From: Octopus sinensis
Taxonomy: Eukaryota
Direction of reading: 5' to 3'
DNA: 26,929 bases
Assembly (NCBI RefSeq): GCF_006345805.1
Contig: NW_021834123.1
Coordinates: 1 to 26,929 of the forward strand
Positions 1 to 11,561 of this stretch are shown here, piece by piece. The position numbers and the translations under genes are program-made. The notes under the pieces were generated by a model, which saw nothing but the letters and a program-made list of their open reading frames with translations, did no database searches and had not been told where the DNA came from. How positions within the stretch are numbered: position 1 is the first letter of the stretch; the number at the start of each line of letters is the position of its first letter.

Positions 1-112
1 ATGGAAAGAATTACAATCGTAGTATATATGTATGTATTTTCAAATAAATCTTGAGAGTGCGAGTTTATCAAAATGATATTCACTTGTGATGATAACATCT
101 CCTCTGAGGTTA

Positions 113-230
113 CTTATATATAATATTTTCACCGGGGAATTACCTTATGTCACAAAGATTAATGATAACTAAAAACTTATAAATATAAACAGGAGGAACT
201 AACAAATTTACGGAAAAATTTACTTCCGGT
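113..230 (-). promoter_or_regulatory. Proximal promoter of IL-17-like copy 0 (coding part lies left of the window)
   Basis: Reverse-complement paralog of 2732-2852: TATATAAG at 113-120, kB-like GGGAATTACC at 135-144, ETS ACCGGAAGT at 222-230. Positions 1-112 align to the 5'UTR of copy 1, which places the ATG about 20-25 nt left of base 1. Confidence 0.7.
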
Positions 231-448
231 AATGTGAAAGAGCTGATATTAAGTGAAATATATTGTGATCTTTAGAAATTGCAGAGAGCCTGAAGGAACC
301 AGGACATAGTTTAAGATTTGCTTCCTCTTTTACTTGTTAATGAGTTGTGGCACGTTGAGATTTCTCTTAATTCACAAGAAGAAAGGCATAGTAAAATATT
401 GTCATAAGAACTTTCCGAATCTATTTTTAATATAAATTATCATTTCTG

Positions 449-466
449 TTGCATATCTATCTATCC

Positions 467-563
<97 letters not shown>

Positions 564-585
564 CCTACCTATCTATCTATCTATA

Positions 586-628
<43 letters not shown>

Positions 629-741
629 TTTTCAATCTATCTATCTATCTATCTATATCTTTGTATATATATACATATATATGCATACAGACACGCATAT
701 ATACATAATATATATATAAATACGCATTATGCACATATATA

Positions 742-789
<48 letters not shown>

Positions 790-869
790 TATATACTTAT
801 ATATACAAACAAATATATATATATATATATATACAAATATATATAAAAATATGCATACATATATATATT
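449..869. repeat. (TATC)n followed by mixed (TA)n/(TACA)n microsatellite
   Basis: Directly visible simple repeats. Confidence 0.95.
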
Positions 870-1757
870 TATATAAGAAAAAGGGACAGGCAACAGGTTG
901 CTTGACCGCATACCGAAAAAAGTAGAAATAGCAGTCAAAAATGCTTATTTCTAATTTCCACAAATGGGGCTCCAGGCACGACAAACCCTGTAATTCACAT
1001 ATGCAAAACAAAAGGAATAGATATTCGAAAACGAAGTCTGGTGGTTATCTGTGAACATCATGTTTCTGGATTATAAACATATTGAATATATATTTCATAT
1101 ATACTTTTGATATATATTTCATATATATTGCATATATATATCACATCCTTCTTCAGCACATCTTTCCATTGAAATAGATTTATCATAGATTTATCAAATG
1201 TTACGTACCTCAAAACTTCTGACCATGCGACATCAAAATATTTGAAGAAATCGAGCAAAGGCTAAACCTACATAGACGTTTGAATTCATAAATCTTCCCT
1301 CCAAAATTTTGCCATGCGCACTTCAAAAATTGTTCCATAGGAGTAGGAACTATTGGGTTGTCGTAAGGGAGTGAAAAATCCAATTAGTAATATAATGATA
1401 AGGGTAAATAATTTCTATATTGGTTTTTAAAAAGAGATCACAATTATTTACTGGTAGAATTCGGTATGTAAATATAGCCGATTACCGGCAGGAACTTCTG
1501 TAAAGTTCAGTATATATATTGTATATAAGAAAAAGGGACAGGCAACAGGTTGCTTGACCGCATACCGAAAAAAGTAGAAATAGCAGTCAAAAATGCTTAT
1601 TTCTAATTTCCACAAATGGGGCTCCAGGCACGACAAACCCTGTAATTCACATATGCAAAACAGAAGGAATAGATATTCGAAAACGAAGTCTGGTGGTTAT
1701 CTGTGAACATCATGTTTCTGGATTATAAACATATTGAATATATATTTCATATATACT
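870..1757 (+). repeat. ~235-bp near-identical direct repeat pair (870-1105 and 1522-1757)
   Basis: Both copies read tatataagaaaaagggacaggcaacagg...gaatatatatttcatatatact. I saw one mismatch (aacaaaagg vs aacagaagg). Confidence 0.9.
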
Positions 1758-1767
1758 CTTGATATAT

Positions 1768-1933
1768 ACAAGGACATTGAGCCATCCTCTGTTACCGACC
1801 CAAAAATACTAATAACCAGTTTCGTGCCTTTCATGAAACTAGCTACTAGTCTCTGGCTCTTGAGTTGTTTTACGCATATCTTTAGCAAAACTGCTAATGG
1901 TTCGGGTCGCTTGTCATTTATGTGACTACATAC
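1768..1933 (+). repeat. Non-repetitive spacer island, paralog of 22005-22178
   Basis: acaaggacattgagccatcctc...catgaaactagctac...gtgactacatac occurs in the same orientation at 22005-22178, about 80% identical by eye. Confidence 0.85.
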
Positions 1934-1934
1934 T

Positions 1935-2475
<541 letters not shown>

Positions 2476-2731
2476 GTTAGATATGTTGATAGATATTTAC
2501 ATAGGGAGATAAGAGAAATTATAAAATATATTAAAAATAGATCGGAAAAAATTCTCAATATATTAGTTTATTGTGTCTATGTTCCTGTGTCTTAAGACAC
2601 CTCACAACGTACCATACCTGAGTAACAGGTAAAAGAGGAAACACATCTTAAAGCATGTCCTGGTTACTTCAAACGCTCTGCAATTTATATAGATCACAAT
2701 TTATTTCACTTAATACCAGATCTTTCACATT

Positions 2732-2852
2732 ACCGGAAGTAAATTTTTCCGTAAATTTGTTAGATCCTCCTGTTCATATTTATAATTTTTTAAAATTTTC
2801 ATTAATCTTTGGTGACATATGGTAATTCCACGGTAAAAATATTATATATAAG
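2732..2852 (+). promoter_or_regulatory. Proximal promoter of IL-17-like copy 1
   Basis: ETS consensus ACCGGAAGT at 2732-2740, kB-like GGTAATTCC at 2821-2829, TATATAAG at 2845-2852 about 135 nt before the ATG. The same order and spacing recur in the other paralogs, with copy 2 partly degraded. Confidence 0.65.
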
Positions 2853-2985
2853 TAATCTCAGAGGAGATGTTATCATCACAAGCGAATATCATTTCGATAA
2901 ACTCGCACTCTCAAGATTTATTTGAAAATACATACATATATACTACGATTGTCATCATTTCCATTCCAAGTGACCATCCATTATA

Positions 2986-3000
2986 ATGAATACCACCAAC
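2986..3000 (+). CDS. IL17: IL-17-like copy 1, coding exon 1 (MNTTN)
   Basis: ATG AAT ACC ACC AAC followed by the perfect donor GTAAGT at 3001. Phase 0 matches the acceptor at 5900. The 15-mer plus donor is identical in copies 2 and 3, and the join completes a signal peptide. Confidence 0.85.
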
Positions 3001-3429
3001 GTAAGTAAACAAACCTTGTTAATATCAACTGTAATATCTATATGTTCAGTCATATGACTTTGCTTACTCTTCTATCATTCTTAGGAATGAGTGAATCATT
3101 TTGCTTATGTACTTAACGCAGATTAGTACTATACATGTGATACGTATTTCTATGGCTGTGCTATATTGATCTATTTCTACATATATATTTTTATAAATGG
3201 CCCCGAATGTTTTCCTACAAATAGAATTTGTGCAAATGATTTAAATAAACTGAAAACAGAAGGATATATAGCACATTTACTATGTATTCAGTTCCCTCTC
3301 TAGTTATTGCTTGATTAAAAGAAATAACACCTTTGGTCCTGTATGTCCAAGGGATTCTTCCAAGAATATTCTTCACCAAAGCTTTAAGTCCGGCCAGTGC
3401 ATACCAGATTCCCCTCTCCACGCCATCGA

Positions 3430-3630
3430 TCGTTTAATAGGTAAAGGCAAAGGCTGACACTGCTTAGCAACAGTGATATCGCATCTCATTTTCACAGCTG
3501 AGGGAAATAGAGCAACGCCAAATAAAGTGTTTTGCTTAAGAACACAAAACACAGCCCGACACGGAAATCGAATGCTTACCTCATGATTATGAGACCCATG
3601 CTATAACCACTGAGACATGTGCCTTCAAAT
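3430..3630 (-). mobile_element. Decayed tRNA-derived SINE with CORE-like segment (in intron 1 of copy 1)
   Basis: Minus strand reads ggcacatgtctcagtggtta...attcgatttcc (A/B-box-like) then gtgttcttaagcaaaacacttta (CORE-like). Paralogous copies at 19360-19520 and 25910-26100. Confidence 0.55.
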
Positions 3631-4088
3631 TTATGTGTTAAGAATTAGCATAAACTCTGTACATAGAGCTTTAAAAAGCTATTAAATCATTCTTCGAAAT
3701 ATATTTTCATAGCAAAAGATGCTTATGGCCGGAGTTGAAGTCACAGATCGATTCAAAAAGCTGTTATATTGCTCTCCACATTCCAATAAACATTTCCTTT
3801 AGGAAAAGAGATTTTTTTACCCTCTTATGCATACATACATACCTACATACATATATATACATATGTATACATATACATACATATACATATATATATATAT
3901 ATATAATTTCAACAATTGAGGGTAAAATTGAGGGCAAAGTAATTATTTTACTAAGCCCTTTTATATAATATATATATATATATATATAATATATATATAT
4001 ATATGTTTATATATATATACATCCATATATATATACATACATATATTATATACATATATATATTATATATATATATATTTATTTACAT

Positions 4089-4132
<44 letters not shown>

Positions 4133-4485
4133 TTTATAGATTAGAAACATATATTGTAAATTGATTACACCTTGGGATAATACCAGCCTCAGTATTAGGA
4201 GACACACTCGTAAATTTGAGCTGTTGACAGAAAGGATATTCAGGACGGAATGATCTTATGGTGAACTAAGTGTATTTGGAGGTATTTAAATAGAGGGTAG
4301 TGGGAGGAGGAATAAGTTTCAAGATTAGTGTTTAATAATGAGACTATTGAAGATTCATATTCGTAGAAGTGAAAGATGGGTGGAAGAGAGAAGGGTCGTT
4401 TCTTTTGTATATGAATGGTAATTAGAGCTGTCAACTAACTCCAAGATTCCGAGTTCGATTCCAGGCAGTTACCTGATTAATAATA

Positions 4486-4509
4486 ATAGTAGTAATAATA
4501 ATAATAATA

Positions 4510-4556
<47 letters not shown>

Positions 4557-4585
4557 GCAACAACAACAAAAACAAAAACAACAAC
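4486..4585. repeat. (AAT)n/(AAC)n microsatellite
   Basis: Directly visible. It is preceded by a Pol III B-box-like GAGTTCGATTCC at 4451-4462, suggesting a SINE remnant. Confidence 0.9.
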
Positions 4586-5900
4586 ATCAAAAAATACTCA
4601 GGTTCGAAATGTCCCTAAGACACCTGATGAAGGCAGGAGGATATATCAGCCGTATCTTTGTGTTAACAACAAACCAAATGAGGATAAATATCCGTAAATT
4701 GTAAATAATGTAAATAATGTACGTAATTCCTCATCTCTTAAATATAGAACAGTCAATGGTAATCTTTGTTAGTTTGTATGAAAGTTTAGAGTTTAAGGTT
4801 GTGATAGTGAAAATCAAAATGACGATTATGTGAGAAAAATAATTTGACTGGCAGATTAGTATCGAACGTAGAGAATTGTGAGAGAAGGTAGAGTGAGGGA
4901 TAGAAGTTAATCAACATAGCAGTAGCGTTTGGGGTAAAAGGAACAGAGTTGGTATTGGGGAAGGCTGTTATGGTTTAGAGGAATCTGGAAATGTTTGAAG
5001 TGGTGTTAGAGAAAGAATAAGATCGGTGTAGTGTTTTCTATACAGTATGTTGCTAAGCTGACTTTATCTTAGTTTGATTTTGGGTATGGATACTTGAATT
5101 TAAGGGACTACATAGATTTAATGAAATAATAAATGATGAATATTACCTTTATTTACATGAATAAATTACACCAGGGAATCTATTAAATAATAAAGAGTTA
5201 AGGAGGCAAAAATAGGTTAATGGTTATTTTACACATAACTTACTGAATATGGAATATTTTGGGATTTAAGATTGTATTCTCTTTTGTATTCTATTACTCA
5301 TGTGTGGATTGTCAAGTACAAATAGTCGAGAACAGAGGATATTGTTGTTATATGTAATCGAATTTCTATTTCGATGCACAGATTTGTAAAACTACGTTAT
5401 ATTTTTTTATGATATTAACGATATTGATTGTGTTTTCGAATACATATTATAATTAATGATGCCTATCTCAATCAGAATTATTATGCTATTGTAGCGCACA
5501 AACTCACACTCATACACACACACACACATATACATACAAATATAAATATATACATAGGTATAGAAATATGCATATATTTAAATGTATATAAGCATACATT
5601 TAAAAATACATTCACATATACATACATTGGCACAAAGTGAGGGAGAGAGAGAGTGAGTGAGAGAGAGTGAATGAGTGAGTGAGTGTGAGAGTAAATGAGT
5701 GAGTGAGTGAGTGAATGTGTGAGTGAGTGAGTGAGACAGTAAGTAAGTCATTCGGTCATTAGGTCAGTCAGTCAGTAAGTGAATGAGTTGATGTGAGCGA
5801 TAGAAGTAGTATATAATACTTGATTTCGTTTATTCATTTAGCTGTAGGTCATATTGAAATGTAATTACACATCTTCACATAAATATTTTATATCACGCAG

Positions 5901-6428
5901 GTTCTCCAAGTTGCGATATACCTCCTCACCAACGTCGTATTCTTCATATCCTCGGCGTCAATTCCGACTCAATGTAATATACCAAACGACTTGAAAGTTC
6001 AGTACGAAAAACTCTACAACGCAGCGATCGGCAATAACTTTGTTCTACCAGCTGAAATATCTCCAGCGGGAAGTGACCAACAAGCACTGACCGTAGGCGA
6101 TAAAACTTGCCCAACATCTTCCGTATCTACTGATATTATACGCGAGCGTTCAACCTGCCCATGGTACCTGACAATTACCCACAATTCCACATATTTTCCT
6201 CCATCACGCACAGAAGTCGTGTGTCGTTGTACAGACTGTCTGGACTCTGACAGTAACCATCAATGTGTGATGGTGTATACTCCAATGACTGTCCTGAAAC
6301 GTACAGCTGAATGTGTTGATGGACTGTACGTTTATAATCCAAGTGTCATCGAAGTAGCCACAGCCTGTGCGTGTGCACGGAAAGTCAATGTAATATCTGG
6401 AGGAAATGAGGACGAATATGAGTCGTAA
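5901..6428 (+). CDS. IL17: IL-17-like copy 1, coding exon 2 (cystine-knot cytokine; 180 aa with exon 1)
   Basis: Acceptor tcacgcag| at 5900. The frame is open from 5901: VLQVAIYLLTNVVFFISSASIPTQC (signal peptide)...RERSTCPW (IL-17 RSxxPW motif)...CRCTDC...HQC...TACAC (CxC)...EDEYES*. Confidence 0.92.
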   Translation, partial: VLQVAIYLLTNVVFFISSASIPTQCNIPNDLKVQYEKLYNAAIGNNFVLPAEISPAGSDQQALTVGDKTCPTSSVSTDIIRERSTCPWYLTITHNSTYFPPSRTEVVCRCTDCLDSDSNHQCVMVYTPMTVLKRTAECVDGLYVYNPSVIEVATACACARKVNVISGGNEDEYES

Positions 6429-6852
6429 TATCGGCCAACATCATCAAACATTCAATTGTGTTTAACACAAATAGTTTTCATTATGTTATGGAAGTTTAAG
6501 TAAACCACTGTGTGGTTGTTTGTTATAAGAAACACATACTAAACATGCACACACACACAAAATATCATACAAGTGTACATATTTAAATGCGTGCTCTCTC
6601 ACTATTTCCTTCTTTCTCTCACTCATTCTCTCTCTGTGTTTATACATAGACACCACACACACTTATACACACGCTCATATACATATAAATATAAATATAT
6701 ACATTTCGATAGAAATATGCATACATGTAGAAGTATATAAGCATACATTTAAAAATATATTAATACATATATACATTGTCAAAAACAGTTTTGTTTCGTA
6801 ACAGCTGTTTCGTAAATGAGATATTTCTTGCAAATTATTTGTTTTTTCTATT

Positions 6853-6920
6853 TTGCTTACTATCATATTTAAATTATCTATCATATTTAAATTATGTTGC
6901 TTACTATCATATTTAAATCA
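6853..6920 (+). repeat. Short tandem duplication (ttgcttac)tatcatatttaaat x3 downstream of the copy 1 stop codon
   Basis: Three units, each containing ATTTA, directly visible. Confidence 0.75.
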
Positions 6921-7560
6921 TTATTAAAATTTCCCTTTTTTTAACTTAAATCTATATCAATATTCTTTTTATATACATATCTTATACCGATAAATGGTGT
7001 TGAATGCATTTACATATAAGCTACATGTTCCCAACGTGAAATTTAATTACATAATTGTGAGGAAGTATTACAGCATTTTCATAAATTTCTTCATGTATTA
7101 ATTTAACTATGCAGCGATTTATACTTACATGTTTTCCTTCATATCATTGCTCGTCATTTACAAAACAATTTTATATTCACAAATTAATTCAAATAAAGAA
7201 AGCTAGCGTCCGCCGATATTTGACATGACACTACGTTGTAATTGATGATCATGTGAACTAATAGAGATTACTGTGATAGCCGCAATATTCTCTGTATCCC
7301 TATCCATATCATATAGTTACTTAAACACTAGTACTCAGCCCAGGTGTAAATTCTCACAAATAACAATGTTTATGTAATATTTACATAAATATTTAATTCT
7401 ATGAGTTATATACCTTTGAAATGCAACATATATATATATATAAGTATTTTTGTATATATTTTAACATAATTTCATATGTGTATGTTAGCGAATGTAGTCG
7501 TGAGAGTCTGTTTGCGCATATGTGTATTTACAGGCGCACATGCTCCCTCCATCACACACT

Positions 7561-7613
<53 letters not shown>

Positions 7614-9304
7614 CATTATAACTGAAAAATAATTTTCTTAAGATATATTAACTATTTCAATATAATTTTTCTCTTGCTTTTCCATAATGCAAACCATAAG
7701 ACATATATATGTTAATTTGTATCATATATTTATTTTATTGTAAAAAAAATTGTATTCTAATATCAATAAAAAATGTTTTTCAATACATAACGTGTCCTTT
7801 CTTATTTCCATATTTTCATTCTCTGACTTGAATAAAAACTGTAAATCTCCACTCCCTGACTCCATTGGCAGCTGAACACGAATAAATACACTAAACCCTC
7901 AAAATTTGCTGTTAAATTTAGTGAAGCAGTTTTCTTGCTACACACTGGAAGGAAAAGCACTTTCGAGATAACACTATCACCGTTTATACAGGTTCACCTT
8001 GTCTTTGTGATTATGAAACTTATAATCCAGGTATATATTTCTCGGTATTACCTCACTCGTACGACACACTCTATAGGCGCTGCTGATACGAACGAGTTAA
8101 GTCAAGAATCGAAAAAATACACGAAAAATAGTTTTCAATTTGCTTACCTTGTTACGAAACAATACTTCAAGAAGGCAAAATACCAATGAAAAGTCTCAAA
8201 ATCCACTTTTTTCAAATTATTTTATCCAAGTATGTAAAGGAATAAGGCCGTAATTTACCTGCTGACTACAAAATAATGAATGAAGAATTTCAGATGTTAT
8301 TTGACAGCATACAAATTTGAGAACTTAAACAGGCGCAAAATAATAATGTGAAACACGCCTAGAACATAATAAAAGTTTAGTTCCAGGACCTAAATATTTC
8401 ATGCAAACAAAGTAAGCAAATCCTTCGTAAGCCAATTCCTATATGGAAGGTAAACTTAGTGATTTGCATGTTATAAATCAAATACATTAAGAAGGAAATC
8501 AAATGGCTTCAGAAAACGGGCACTGGTTTTCTGCTGGAACTGCAGGTGACGAGTTGGACAGTTCGTGTTTTTATTGTGCCCCTGCAATGCGATGCATAGG
8601 TTGTCTGAATGGGGTAGTAAGGGTAGAACTTGAGATGCCCTTCGGAGTTGTTCGCCCGTTTGGTGTCTCACCTGACACTTAGCTCCCGCCCATGGATCCA
8701 CAACAATGTCTGCATATAACTGGTCACACCTTGGGCAAGGCTTCCATAGGCCGTATAGACCATTGTGTATGTAGCCGACAACTTCGAATCTCTCTGTGAG
8801 CTAGAACTTGTCAACTTATGCATGTGAAGACTGGACTCGGTGGACAGTATAGAAGCTATATTGATAGCGCATAACTCAATCGTAATAAACATTCTTATTT
8901 TCATATCAAATTAATTGCATACCGACGAACTTAGAGCCGTATTTCCACTGAACAAAGTAGAGTGGCTCCTCCAATGAGCTGTACATTTTAAATATGATAT
9001 AGTTTTTAACACAGCCTCAAAAATTCCACCGACTAATTCAACTTACCAAGCAATAATACATATTTAAAGAGACAGAACTCTTATCCAACATCCCTGCATG
9101 TTTTCAAAACGTTTTATTATATTTATTTATTTATTTATTTCGAGACTATGTTTCTCTCGTTCTTTCTTGCAATTTCTCAGACAACAGTCAAATTGCATTT
9201 CCACTTGAACGGTTACACGATGATATACAAGATGCAATACAAGCTCGTCCGACTTTCGCAATGTCAGAAGAATGGCACTTAGAGGAGCATCCTTCTTTAG
9301 CCAC

Positions 9305-9990
9305 TAATTTTCAGTTTCATTCATTCTCAAGTGCTTGAACAGTGCTTTGTCTTTGCAATCTTCCATCCTAAACAAGTGTAAGCTTCCTACTTCCAATAAT
9401 AGCGGTTCTGTGGCACTTTTTGCATACAATGCTATAATGTTTTCTTCTGCTCTAATGCTGTCTTCGTATTCAATCAGTCCACTTCCCGTTCTTTTTAATG
9501 GTACAGACAGTCTGCTTGTGTCACTTTTTGGGTGGAGTAACCCATATCTAATCAGCAACTTATTTGTTTCTCTCTAAGCTGTTTAGTTCGTCTACTGTCT
9601 ATGTGATTAAGCCCGTTCCATCTCTAAGGATTTAAGCTGTCTAGGTGCTCATAGTTTCAATCTTAATCCAACTGCTTAATTTTGACTTATGGATCAGTCT
9701 TAGTCTGTGCAATTATTCCACCTTAAATTGTCCGGTCATTTGTTCCTCTACCAATTTATCCATTTCCAATATCCCCAAGTACTTAGAGCCCGTGTCTCCT
9801 ATTTGCTTCATAACCTCCCCCGATGGGATCTCTAGCTCATCCATGCACAGATGTGTTAGTCTCTTCATGACTAATACACCTCGCTCCATTCTGATATCAG
9901 CACTGAAGATATACACCATATCAAAGAGGGTACTGACTTGGGATTTACACTTTTCATGTAAAAAGTTTAAACAGAAAGACCCTCTTAACA
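9305..9990 (-). mobile_element. Decayed R4/Dong-like non-LTR retrotransposon fragment (RT C-terminal region)
   Basis: Translations FSADIRME, EIPSGEVMKQI..GSKYLGILE and LHPKSD.SRLSVPLKR.GSGL match the R4/Dong pattern IFSxDIGME...YKYLGILE...LHPKSDxxRLYxPRKxGGRGL. Stops and frameshifts are present. Confidence 0.75.
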
Positions 9991-10131
9991 TTTTCTCATC
10001 ATTATCAAAGAAGGTATAACTGTATTTAAATATATATATATGATAACTATTTTTTAACACAACAAAGCCTATAAAAAGTTTTATATTTTACTTTTGATAA
10101 TCTCTTTTTGAAAATGTGAAACCGGTCAAGT

Positions 10132-10184
<53 letters not shown>

Positions 10185-10539
10185 ATATAGGGACAGGAAT
10201 GTAAGAAGAAAGGATTGTAATCAAAGGTAACGATAGATATATGCAATTAGATGAACTGAGGTAGGAATTAAATTCATTATTGTGACTTGTGAAATAGATT
10301 CAAAAGCATACAGGTTTCGAAAATTACTATTCATTGCTTTGAGTGCACACCGAATACTGAATGGTGTCTGGTCTACTAGTCCCTAAGTAAAAATATTATG
10401 TGTAAGGGAGGTAAGTAGTTCTGAATTTGGTGCAATTAGTGTATTACTTTCTCGTCTAGTGTATTCCGAATTTAGTCTGATGTTCGACTGATAGTGGAGT
10501 GCCAGAAATTTTATAGCATTGCAGTACATGTATTTTTGT

Positions 10540-11358
10540 GGGCCGACCTGCCCGAGATACGGGCAGACCGACGAAACCGCTCTGCACGCAATCGTGCAGT
10601 GTCCAGCAATTTCCGACCTGTGGGCTTATGTCGAACGACTGCTGTCACGTGTGGGACGTGTCGGTTTATCAGCCGAGTCTATCGTTAATATCGTCACGCT
10701 TCCTTCCTTCAAACGGGAAGGAAGAGCTATTTTTATCATACTTGTGGCTATGGCGAAAGAATGTATCTGGTGAACGCGCCCGAAAGGATTAGAGACAAAC
10801 ACTTTCCTCTCTGGTCAATCTCTCATCAACTTCTTCAAGTATCACTTGAAGAGGAAAGTGAGAGTAGAGAGGCAAGTTTTGTCTAGTGGATGTTTTAAAA
10901 AAGATGGGTGAATGTAGCAAGGATAGCACGTATGAATGACGAAGCCACCTTGACTATGATTCTATGAACCGTAAAAATTAATACAGAGAGTTGCTTATTT
11001 GCCAAAAAAAAATAAAAGAAAGAAATATAACATGTGACTTCATTGTCCGAGGTTACCGTGGTCTTTTCCGTAGGCTTTTCTTTCCACGGGTAAACCTCAC
11101 CTGTCCTCCCCTTTACACTTCATATTGACATGTCTGTGATTACGATCCCTATTGATCAACTTTTTTTCCTCTCCCCTTACCTTTTTTTCCCCTCTCCCCA
11201 CTTTTTTTAAAAACTCCTCCCCTTTTTTTGTCCTCTTTCTTTCCTTTTACGATCCCTTTTGATCGAAAACCAACCCCCTTTTTTTACCCCCAAGAGAAAA
11301 GCTCTACCTTGTAATTAGTTCTGTCTGTGTGCAGCCCTGTGTGGCTAATAAAGAAACA
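10540..11358 (+). mobile_element. 5'-truncated Tx1/L1-clade LINE, copy A (ORF2 C-terminus and 3'UTR)
   Basis: TCPRYG..DETALHAIVQC (Cys/His knuckle) ...RWVNVAR. Over 90% similar by eye to the reverse complement of 23101-23925. Ends ggctaataaagaaaca followed by (TATC)n. Confidence 0.85.
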
Positions 11359-11450
<92 letters not shown>

Positions 11451-11463
11451 AATCCATCTATCC

Positions 11464-11513
<50 letters not shown>

Positions 11514-11526
11514 ATATATATATATA

Positions 11527-11560
<34 letters not shown>
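11359..11560. repeat. (TATC)n tract abutting the 3' end of Tx1 copy A
   Basis: Directly visible. Confidence 0.95.

Positions 11561-11561
<1 letters not shown>

Larger units (their letters stand above)
2500..7935 (+). repeat. Left arm of a large inverted segmental duplication (partner 16560-20760) carrying IL-17-like copy 1
   Basis: Collinear reverse-complement matches: promoter 2560-3000/20289-20750; intron 3260-3835/19170-19710; exon 2; 3' flanks 7080-7260/16925-17115 and 7620-7935/16560-16840. Confidence 0.9.

Noticed and set aside
870-1757. TRIM/LTR mini-retrotransposon interpretation of the direct repeat
   Set aside because: No TG...CA termini, primer-binding site, polypurine tract or target-site duplication is visible.
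4130-5100. Possible decayed Penelope-like coding remnants in the copy 1 intron (similar at 10190-10500 and 15420-15570)
   Set aside because: Strand-biased composition and faint motif echoes only; I could not read a diagnostic motif with confidence.
6014-6211. Antisense ORF over IL-17 exon 2
   Set aside because: Shadow frame of the coding exon, with no independent support.
5991-6428. TTG-initiated 145-aa IL-17 ORF as listed in the track
   Set aside because: The frame is open back to a splice acceptor at 5900, and the real start is in exon 1 at 2986.
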